From the NCBI GenBank assembly GCA_030141605.1, contig JAQGDQ010000253.1:204911-268910 (forward strand): 64,000 bases of DNA. Direction: 5' to 3'. Source of the stretch: Tubiluchus corallicola. Its lineage: Eukaryota; Animalia; Priapulida. The position numbers and the translations under genes were made by a program. Below are positions 14,358 through 25,035 of this stretch, piece after piece. Numbering within the stretch: position 1 is the stretch's first letter; each line of letters begins with the position of its first letter. The notes beneath the pieces were generated by a model. The model made no database searches, was not told where the DNA came from, and saw only the letters and a list, made by a program, of their open reading frames with translations.

Positions 14358-17300
14358 CTGCAAAATAAAAGGGATATTATAATTGTAGTTTGTTTTTCGT
14401 TCTGTTATCACACTGAGGTTAGCTTCTATTACAGATATAGCTTCTAATTCAAGTATAGCTTTCTGTATGGATATAAACAAACATAAACGAATAGTACTTT
14501 AATAGACGTGGTTCTCACTTTATGGTATTAAGTGCATATGCACACAAACTTTCACAAATATGTCCTAGATAGAAAAACATTCTAGCCAATTGGTACCAAC
14601 ACTAGTGCAGAGTAACTACTATTTTTATAGCTCCAATAAAGAAGTCCAAAATCTGCAAATAGCACATACTATTTAGACAGTTACTAGGATTAGTGTCACT
14701 TATGCTTTTTTACAAAAGCAAATAATACCTTTAATTGGTCCCGTTCAGTTTGTATCACAGCAAGTTTTTCAATTTCTCCAGTAAGCTCCTGCTTTTCTTT
14801 TTCATGTAGCTTTTTAAGATCGAAAAGCTGCTTGTGCACATCTTCTTGTTCAGATTCAGACTATAGGCAAATAAAAAAACTGCAGATTTAGTACTACACG
14901 GTGTCTAGACAAGTCAGCGAGTTCAAGTAAAATAAATAATTCTATAACTGATAACAAAACAAAAAAGAACTTGCAACAATAAGTTCTTCTTTCACTTTTT
15001 GTAGATTTCCACTTTCTACATATTAAACTGAAATTACTGAAAAATGTCAACAATGCTTTTGTTGCATTCAAATTAAACGAAACGGTGAATACCTGTTTTA
15101 ACTGTTCTAGCTCTTCTTTCAATCTCTTAATCTCCGCAGTTTGCTGCGCTTTCTGTTTTAGTGCCTTTTTATCAGTTCTGCTAGCACTCAATTTTGCATC
15201 TTCCAGACCCTATTAAAATGACACGTATACCTTTACAAATGCATAAAGATTTTAATCTAGACATTGAGGATCCATTCAGATCACTACTCAGAGCTTTTCA
15301 GTCATACTTTAGTCCAGTTTCAAATCAACATGATCATTACACAAGATATTCAGTCGAAAACTATGTACTCCCCCTTCCAAAAACAAATATAATGAAACAG
15401 TCATCAAAATATAATGCTATTAAACTATGGTCATCAATTCCGCGTGAAATGAAAACTCTTAATCTTTATCAATTTAAAAAAGCATCAAAGAATTACCTAC
15501 TACAACGGTATAATTAACTCACAATTTTACTCATCCTGATCTTAAGTTACTAACAAAACTTATTTTGTTCTAATGTACGTTATAACTGATGAAAATGTAA
15601 TGTTAATTGTCAATTGTTTCACTTATCTGGAGGAGGACTCGAAAGCTCAATGCTCGTTCCCCCTCCCCTCACAGTAACTCGCATAGTTTATTTTTTTTTC
15701 AATGTTGTATCAATGTATATGTATGTTTGAGTTGCTGTGGAATAAAATCATAATTCATAATTCTAACTACACAAAAGCGTGCAGGAAAAAGATAGCACAT
15801 AATTTCTCAGAAATAAAAGAAAAGTAGTGCTATGATCACATAGTTGTGACAGTATTTTCAATTTTTTTTAACTAGCAGCTAGTAAACAACTCAAGAAGCT
15901 TAGCAGCTAATTTCCACATTGCACAAATGGCTAAAAACGAGAAGCCAAAAAAATTATTTGGGTCATTTGGTTAAAAAGAATATTGAAGAATACGTTCTAG
16001 GGCACTCTTTTCACGACAAAGATGAAAGTGTAACCATTTTCACTATATTTTAAACTGGAGAAAAACTATTGCTTGGATAAGTTCATTTTTACCAAAAACA
16101 CAAGATACTTCGTACTAAATTACACCCATCACTTTGTAATGCCATCCGCACCTACAGTAAGACACAGCAAGTAATTCCTTATCGCTTACAAGCTTAATTA
16201 ACGATGGTCTATAAAAAGTAACACTATCAAATTGACAAAATTATTTCAAAATTTGCAAATGCAAAATCCCATACCTTATCTTTAGCTTCACATTCTGATT
16301 GTAGCGCATCAAATTTCTGTTTCCATTCAGTATCTGCAGCTGCAAATTTCTCCTGAATATCCACCAGCTGTTGTTTGGCAAGATCGAGTTGTTCATTGAG
16401 ATCTCTCGATAAGCGCTCTTTTTCTTGGATCTCTTTTTGCAGGACTTCAATAACCTGGTAAACAAAGGAGAATAATCATAAACGTTCTCGTTAACTCACT
16501 CAGATTGTCGAAGTAACAAAAAACCATCAGTCACATTGAGCCTGCCAAGTTTTAATCTAACAAGTGGTCTTTTAATATATAACAACAATACTGAGAAAGT
16601 GATTGTTGAGCAAGATGATTAAGTTCACAAAATACATGGTAACTGATAAGTAATATAAATAGATCCATGTTAATTATGTTCACAGTGAAATTTACAAGCA
16701 ATATACACATACATACTTCAAAACTTGTCAAGAAATGAAAGTCATAGAAAACAACCCCAAAAATGCAAGACTTAGAGAAACAGAAACCACTTCCAGTGGT
16801 CAGAAATAAAATATAAATTCACATTACTTGCTCTTTGCCTTGAAGCACAATTGTAGTTTCCTGGAGACGCCGGTCTGTGTCGTGCAATGTCTCACCCTGT
16901 AAACGGTCAGCGTGTTGAAGTTCGACCAACTGCTTTTCCTTCTGTTCTAACAATGCAAGGGTTTCATCAACTTTCTTTTGTGATTCCTAGAAAGAGATAT
17001 ACAGCTAGAGATTCCTATCTTTATATACACACTAAATTACTTAGTTTGTAAATTTTACAACGCATAAGAAACGGTTCTCGATTTCGGGGCAGACGTTTCA
17101 CAACTAGTTGATTGTTCATGATGTAGCCGAATACAGCAGATAGAAAAATAAAATAATATCTCAAAATGCAAAACAACTTGCAATATTTCAACTAAATTGG
17201 CACACATTCTTATTAAGAATATGCACTAATTTTATAGATGATAGCACGTTTTTAGCAAATAATTTATAGAATACAACACATGCGGAAGAATAAAAAGGTG

Positions 17301-20300
17301 CTTACTGAGACTACAATTACATTGGTTGTACTTTTCTTTTAAAGACCATACTATTACCAAAATGTTGTTAATTTACACTGACGTACAAATTTCGAATACT
17401 TGTTAAAAATAGCTCATTTATTACCATTAGCAAATCTGAATAGTTTGTTACTTCTACCTGAAATTCCTGTACTTGTAAAGCTACATTTTCTTCAGACTCC
17501 TCAACTTTTTTTGATAAAGATGTAATCATTGTTGCTTGATCTAGAATAGTCTGTTCCTTTTTCTTTGCTTCTTCTTGCATAATCTTAAAACAACAAATTA
17601 TGCATTTACATCTACTGCAGTAAATTAATTTTTACAACTGACACCCAGAGCTAACAAGCTAATCTGTTAAAAAACTACCAGTTAACAAGTGCAGTTTTCA
17701 AATGGTACTTAATAGGTTCACATAAATTTCCTCTATTTTACATAGTAACATTTTTGGTCTACAATATTAATTTATCCTTTACATATTAAAGAGCTTGAAA
17801 AAAGTAAATCTTCGACATCTCAAATAAAACAAACTGGATGTTTACTTTCAGGTTCTGAATTTTTTTTATTAATTTTGAGTTGTTATTCTGCAGATTTTAC
17901 ACTTTATATTAATGTTCACTATTATATTTAAAAATATTCAGCATTGATCAAAAATTCTAGTTATACAAAAATCATGCTAGGGCTAGGAAAATGATAATCT
18001 TAATCGTAAATATTCATTTCAAAAACCTTTTTTGCAGAGCACGTAAGCCCAAATTTGGAAAAGTTTACTATCTCCAAAACCCCCAAACCAGACACCATTT
18101 TTCGGGAGCTAAACATCTAGCTCTGCACAGATGCTAGCATAATGTCTGTGACCGATAAATAATTGCCAAGCGGCATAACAAAAAGGAAGTGCCACCAGTG
18201 GTTTTTAACAAGCAAATACCTCATTGCTTGTATTTTTCATAAAAAAATATTACAACACTCCCTGTGTATATTTTATTTATGAATCTATGCACACTGTTTT
18301 ATTTCTTTCTTTTATACTTTATTAGATTACTTACACACTATCATATAAACAAGTAAACTGGTACAAGTTTCATGAATCAAATCTAGTATGTACCAGTGAA
18401 AATGTCTGACATGACGACATTCTTGGGCAGCATGCTGGTGAACGTGCATCACAACTTAAGATCAAATTAGCTTTAGCATAAGATTCACATTATGCAGAAA
18501 ACATTACAATTTTGGCTTAGCACTATTTGGCTATTTTGGAATAGATCATTGGATTGTATTCAATGACCATTATTGGTAGCACTAACATTAACATATAATT
18601 GCATTGAATGTTTTCATTGTGCTTCCAAGAATCAGTTTTTTAAACACACTTTCTGATTTGTACCGGACAACTTGGATATCTGTACCACACAGTCATACAG
18701 ATACTACTTGCACTAAGCTTACTTGTATTGCGAGATCACGAGTATGCAAAACTTCTTCGGTTTCCTTGATTCTTTCTTGTAGATCCAGTGTAATTTTTTC
18801 ATGATCTAAAATCTTCTGGTTTTGTTCAATTATCTTTCTGTCTTTGTAAACCATCTGTGCATACATCTCTTTCATTTGGGCCGTCTCTTCAGTTTCCTAA
18901 TTAAAGATAAGTTAATAACATTTCGTTGTTGAGTGCAGTCTGTTCTTGGCATACCTATGGACAAAAGAACTCTGAAACCTTTGGCGACCACAGATCAAAT
19001 GCAAATAGCGAAATTATGCAAAGTACACTTAATTACAATTAAGTTTCTATGTAGTGCTAATCTGTGACCATCAGATTCAACTAAGACCAAGACTTGTAAA
19101 ATTGCATTACACACCTTTATTTACAATTTCCTTAACCCTTTTGCTATATGAAACATGTGCAACTATCTTATTTGTGTCTTACCTGAGTATCATTTTGAGC
19201 AACATCACTAGTGTCAACAGTCGCAGAAGCAGCAGATTCTTGTTCAGTCTCCATGGCAACAGCTTCCATCGTTTTCATCTTAACCAACTCGTTTTCTCTA
19301 GCCAGCAACTGTGCTTCAATGGTGTTGGCTCTCTGTTCTAGATCAATTATAATGGCATCTTTTCTTCGCAGTTCTTCAGCCATGGCTGATATTTGCTTCT
19401 CTTTGTCCTCCAACTAAACAAATAAATCTGCATGTTACAGGAATATTTTCTAAACACAAAGAAACATAAAAGTCAGTTGCATTTGCCTAGAACTGCTACC
19501 ACTATAATTAAATTCAATAGTATGATTTAGGAATGCTAAATAATATACTAACAAATGTTCAGCAAGTTGTAAACTTTAAGAACTCTGTCTTAATGACCTG
19601 AACAAGAAAAAAATCATCAAAAGCTTTTACATTAACACCCAGTGCAGGGCAAATAGTCTCCCCCCCCCAACCCCACATAGTCCAGTGATATCAAATGTTA
19701 TAAAAATAATTTTACATTAGCGCTACAAAGTAAAGTTATTGGTGATAAGTTACAATCGTGTTTGCAAGAAGCAATTGAAAATAGACTATGGTACCTAGGC
19801 TTCTTATCTGTCTAAAGTATTTTGTACACAACCACTACAAAAAATGATAAACATGTGAATTCTCTTGCAAAGAAAACAACATCGGTGAATATAAATAAAT
19901 CTGTTGGTGTCAACATTAATTTTGCTTACTGCTAACAATACAGGGTAGATTAGTTCAAATCTACAGCTTTTTACACATTTTTAGATGTTCACATTTTACC
20001 AAAGCATATAATTGCAAACATACATCACTCTTTGTGAGTTCGTTGGATGTTATATATTACATGATCGGGCACACAATGGAAACACGAACTACCAATGGTT
20101 TACAGAGTGGCAGAATAAAACCCATTATAAGGATTACCTTCTAAATTGAGACACTGAGCTGATAGATGGGCCTTAAATGTAGTGTGAATAATCTGAGTGA
20201 ATTATGCCGGGATTTCTGTGGAAGCATCCTACATCATTTCTCAATAAAAAAGAATGTGGCAGTTCGACAGAATGTGGCAGTTCGACAGATAAATGCGCCC

Positions 20301-22367
20301 ATGAGCATTTTTGATGGTGGATACTCATCTGTTTACTAATCGAGCCCAGACATGCTTAACTCTCCCTCCTCTAATCAGTAATGTCCAGTGCACACATTAA
20401 AAATTAATACCGCAAACAAGCATCGTTATAGCAGATTACTCAACAGCTTGTGTAAGTAGAAGTCACATGACTAACAACAAAGTAATATGCATAAGGCAAG
20501 TATCACCAGATTTGCTCAATTACCTTTTTCTTCAGCAGAACATTCTTCCCTCTGTCAAGTTTTTCACCTTGTTGAGAGCTACCATCACCATCAAGTGTTG
20601 GCGTACTGCTGCGACTCTAAATAAAACAAATTGTCTAGCCAATCTTTGTCACCAAAAAGACTCAAAGAAGTAAACAGCTGGTCAAAAATCATGAAGCCGC
20701 TAAAACTCAGAAACGAGTCTCAACTTTCTTCTTCACCTAAGTATAAAATACTGTCGACTAGCATCAACAACAGGTAAAATGGTAGTGCAGGGATGAGAAT
20801 GACAAATTGCAAAAAACTCTGAAACAGGCCGGGGATTTGGGCGCCGTGTAGGCCCCCATGGGGGTTCAATGGGGCAAAGCCCCCTTGCAGCCAGCAACAA
20901 ATTGCAATTTTGTGACCTCTAAGTGGACTTAAAATATCAGTTACCTTGTTTCATGAATAATTTAAAATACCCAACTATCAAGGATACACAATACCAAAAA
21001 GTATATAAAAACTGTTTGCAATCGACTCAAATAACTCCGCACAATTGATTCTATATTTTTATACATAGAGATATACACGTGGTTATACTGATGTATGTGA
21101 TTTAAACAAAGTAACGGCCTGCCAACTAGCAGTCAGCTTGTGAAATAATGTACTGGGTCCGTAAAAATTTTCTTAACGAATTTACGCGATTTACAAAAAT
21201 GGCACTACTGGTCTTCCAAAAACTCGGAATTCCGCGTATCCGCAGAAGTCTGTTTTAATTCTAGTGGTACATACTTCATCAGTAGAGCCTGTACTCTTTG
21301 CTTCTTTCAACTCCTTTTCGAGCTTTGCTACTTTAGCTTTATTCTGCAGCTTAAACTTGGAAAACTTGGCTTTTTCTTCTGTAAGCTCTCTCTTCTGTTC
21401 CTGCAGAATAAAAATAAACCAAATATTAGCAAGGCCTTATAATTCTTACAATATTATAAACCTGTAACAGTTGCTTTTTAGTGACCTAAATTATGACACA
21501 TATATACATATATACTATACATTATACATCACCGAACAAAACACACAGTCTTGTGTACACACAGAACGAACATACACAAGTTTTTTGTGTATATTTTGTT
21601 CAGTAATGTATAGTATATAGGCCCAATATATGTATAATGTATGTATGTGATATACCTATATGATTTATAATATGTATATAATATATTCATATTATTCACT
21701 TATCCTCCCTTGACTAACCTGCACCTCTAACCAAATTCATCTCTATACACATCATGATACTATGCCTTCCCTTTTTTCATCTAACCCTTTCACACTATCA
21801 ATTTTATGAAAGCTTGTAAACGGAATACAATGTCAAAACCATACGTTCCAGTACAATAAAATATTTCAGAATTGGATGCCTACTGATTCATAAATCTCAT
21901 GGGTAATTATGTGAAAAACAGCACTTTTAGGATTAAGACATTGCTAGTTTGTAAAATAATAAAAAGTCAATAATAAATAAGTTATCTCTATATGAAGTGA
22001 TTCTTGTGAGATTTTCTCTTTGAAAAAACAACAAAACCAATAATTTAATCTTTAAAAATGTGTCCTCTGGCTCTTGTTTTCTAACAAATTTTTCTCAGCC
22101 ACAAATTAGTGACTTTATTTTTATTATTACATTCCATTTACATGTTTATATATTTTTTAGCAGAAATATTAGAGAAATCATATGTTGAGTTAAAAGTTCA
22201 GTGATTACAGCAATTGTTCTCTCTTTATCAGCCGATGTTTGCTCATTTTGTCGCAAGAGAGACTTTAGTTGTTCATTCTGCAGTTGAAACTGTTCAAGTT
22301 GCTCGCGGACATCTGACGAAGCACCTGCTGGGCCACTCTCATTCGTGTCACCACGAAACCCCCACAT
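1..22367 (-). CDS. GOLGB1: Giantin / golgin subfamily B member 1-like giant coiled-coil protein (5' part; continues beyond window start)
   Basis: Coding exons with canonical AG/GT ends, all phase 0: 22367-22209, 21400-21275, 20616-20524, 19413-19183, 18896-18723, 17583-17458, 16986-16828, 16454-16275, 15209-15093, 14860-14729, 14357-<=1. The N-terminus (DVREQLEQFQLQNEQLKSLLRQNEQ...EEKAKFSKFKLQNKAKVAKLEKEL) resembles the human giantin N-terminus (DVQERLAYAEQLVVELKDIIRQKD...DNKIKKLKLHAKAKLTSL). The rest is E/K/L/Q-rich heptads. The C-terminal TM anchor is not in the window, so the symbol is tentative. Confidence 0.75.
4200..8960 (-). repeat. Coding tandem array of 42-bp (14-aa, two-heptad) units, consensus about KEAVxLQLEEALxA, about 110 copies
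   Basis: Minus-strand translation, e.g. KEAIVVQLEATVKA KEDVTLQLEEAEHA RESIGLQLEEALNA KKDVEVQLKATEKA. Boundaries are approximate because units degenerate at both ends. Confidence 0.92.
5181..7051. repeat. Higher-order near-identical duplication, period 966 bp (23 x 42 bp)
   Basis: 5181-~6085 matches 6147-~7051 almost exactly (one difference noticed near 5578/6544). Shadow ORFs in the track are also offset by 966. Confidence 0.9.
15290..15760 (+). mobile_element. 5'-truncated LINE fragment (CR1/L2-group-like ORF2 C-terminus plus 3' UTR) in an intron
   Basis: FQSYF...QHDHYTR...LPLPKTNIMKQSSKYNAIKLWSSIPREMK...FKK is a typical post-RT C-terminus, followed by a short hairpin-like segment and AATAAA near 15741. 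Confidence 0.75.
20316..20363 (-). repeat. Degenerate 5S rRNA-like segment (possible SINE3 head remnant)
   Basis: Minus strand gagttaagcatgtctgggctcgattagtaaacagatgagtatccacc aligns loosely to the 5S internal promoter gaagctaagcagggtcgggcctggttagtacttggatgggagaccgcc. Confidence 0.35.
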
Positions 22368-22371
22368 ATTC

Positions 22372-22389
22372 TTATCTCGAGGACACCAT
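22372..22389 (-). promoter_or_regulatory. Upstream ORF (MVSSR*) in the giantin-like 5' UTR
   Basis: ATG GTG TCC TCG AGA TAA lies between the splice acceptor at 22398 and the main ATG at 22367, ending 4 nt before it. Confidence 0.55.
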
Positions 22390-22479
22390 ATGAATCACCT
22401 AAAAATTAATAAAAATAATCAGAACAAGTATAACCTTCCCTTACTACAGTGCTAATGCAATTGTACACTTATCCTCTTT

Positions 22480-23010
22480 TTGATGCTTTATTCTGTTTCC
22501 TTATATTCTGTTCTCTTTTCTACAGCTAATTCTGTTTTATATTATATTTGGTTGAGTATGATTGCATATTTTCTTTCCATTATATTTAGCTTATTTTTAT
22601 CATGCAAATTTTGTCGCCTTTATTGATTTTACTATTTTATACTTTATTTTCTACCTAATTTGATTTGATTCGGGTCTTGCATTTTACCTAATTGTTTCAC
22701 TTAGTTGTATCTTCACATATTTGATTGAATATCATTCACATTTTTCAATTTATTATATCAACACCGGTTTACTTGTCGCATAGTCTACTTACTTATCCAG
22801 CTTCCACGTATATTTTGCTCAATTTACAGACTTTTTCAGTTACAATTGACATTCTTCTACTCCATACAGCAGCAATAGTTTTTTTTACTATTTACACAAG
22901 TTAATCTGAGAAGGGTAGCCGACTTGACAACCAATTGGTTCTTCACTACCCTTCCTACCGCACCCCCTGATACTTTCATTATGCATATTTCATTAATTAC
23001 ATTTCATATT
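22480..23010 (+). mobile_element. LINE 3' UTR remnant
   Basis: T-rich tract ending in gggtagccgacttgacaaccaattggttcttcactaccc...gcacccc, similar to the reverse complement of 29822-29868, which lies downstream of a LINE ORF2 fragment. Confidence 0.5.
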
Positions 23011-24399
23011 TACTTGTCCAGCCTATGAAGCCATAAGAGAAAAATATGAAGACAGGCTCTACAATTTTACCTTTCGAAAAAAAAATCACCTTTCTCCCTA
23101 CTCTGGTTATTCAATTCTGAGAACAAAATTGACCTAACTACCTTTGGAAAATTTATCACTGAATGTATACTGGAAACATTGTCTAAAATACAAATAATAG
23201 TTCAAAAGCAATAATGTAGGAATGCTGGCTACACAAAGATACTATAATTAGAATATATTTGATCATTATTATATATGTATATATATATATTGTAACTAGA
23301 TTAGTAAGTAAGTAAGTTAGCAAGTAAAAAATTTATTTGTCTCTGAATGTTACAAAATAAACAAAAGCAAAAAAACTAAAATAAAGATGTAAACGGGACG
23401 GGGTGAGGAAAAGACCAAGGGTCACCAAGTCAACCTTATCCAAATTGAAGAAAATTAAGTGACCAGTCAAGTAAGGTATGTACAAATGAAAATAATCAGC
23501 AACTTGACAAAACAAAGAACAATGAGGTAACGAGTTCAAATGAGTTTAAATTTAGAAACAGTAAATAAATTTGGCAATGAGAAGAGGCAAAATTTAAATT
23601 AGCAAACAAAATTAGAAAATTTAAACTCAACAAAAGCAAAAATTTGGATTTAACTCAAGAGATATAATTCATAGGAATAACCCAAAAGAAAAAACGAAAG
23701 CAATATCGAAGTACGTCAATTGTAGATTCATTGAGCAAAATATAGTCCCAGTAAAAATAATGAAAATGGCTCAGCGATAAACAACAAGAATAATGCTGAA
23801 TTTTTTCCAGACTATGTGAAGATTCAAAACTTCATATTAGATCAGTTAGACTTAGATTAGTTCCAAATTCTGTGATTGACTTTTGTACAAAGTATATTCA
23901 TTAACTCTAATATCATTGTCTGACATGTGATCATAAAAGCAAGCTCTTGGTTAATTTTGATGTTGTATATTGAACTAGTCAATGCATATCCCAGTTAATA
24001 ATAGTCATAATTATACTAATTAATATAAAGTTTTGCAATCTATAGTCATTAGTTATAGTATCTATTACTTCTAGCAAGTATCATTGGGCAGCAAAAATCT
24101 CAATCAGTTTGATTAATAATACAATTGCAATAGTCGATCTGTACCTCATAATTAATAGCTAGTATAATTAAGTAGAAGTACATCAGTTTTTTATGTCTAT
24201 ATGATAGCAATCTGTAGTTCTACCTGTATATAAATTTCTTTTTGTACTTACCAATGTATGTAATGTTAATTGCATATTTCCGCAACTGAATTGTAGTTTC
24301 CGACTTGTGTAGCTACCAATTTTAGTATGTACGCGACATCGTTGCGCAAAAAGCGAACCTAAAGTACTAGTAGTAGTACTAGTCCAAGAAACCCATGCG

Positions 24400-25035
24400 G
24401 GCGCAATTTGTGTATTAACCCATGAGACCACCCCCACAACTTGTAACTACGGCAGCTCATGCACTATGCCAATACATTCCGGCTCATTTTGTAGTATTAA
24501 TTGTACAAAAAATTGTAAAAATGAACAACATACTGAACAAACTCTACCCCTTCTACTCTCTTTGCCAACAATGCCATGTAAACTACTGGATACTGGAGAA
24601 TTTGCGGTGACATCTGGTGGGAAATGTTAAAGTTTCCAACCTAAAATAAACCCTCGATTAAAAGCAAAATACTGATGCAAATAATAATTATTCCAATTAC
24701 GTTTCTTTATCATGAAGTAACTTTTTAGCAGATTTGCAACCCCAACAAATTTTATTTACATGTTTCTTCCAAAATGTTAGAAAATTATTTTTATACATAT
24801 TTTTCGTAGGCATTTTCTTATTTTTTGTTATAATAATCAATTCACTCTCCTGAAAATCAGAATTTGGGACTCATTTTTATTACTCACAGTCACAAGACAA
24901 GACGAAAACAGTACTGAAATTACGCATTAGGTTGTGTGTTTGCGAAGTAGCAGTTGTTTCTCAAGATTAATGGGCCCTTAGGGGCTTCGCTGAGTATATT
25001 TTAAATTTAGACAATTACTGACCAAAATCAGCAAC
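24400..25035. promoter_or_regulatory. Putative bidirectional promoter region between the giantin-like gene and PINK1
   Basis: The genes diverge with start codons 2.67 kb apart. The giantin ATG exon begins with an acceptor, so a non-coding first exon should lie nearer PINK1. No TSS is directly visible. Confidence 0.4.

Noticed and set aside
547-14382. Many plus-strand Ser/Cys/Ala/Phe-rich ORFs (e.g. 6925-7959, 344 aa)
   Set aside because: They are antisense shadows of the minus-strand coiled-coil exon; E/K/Q/L codons read as S/F/C/L on the other strand.
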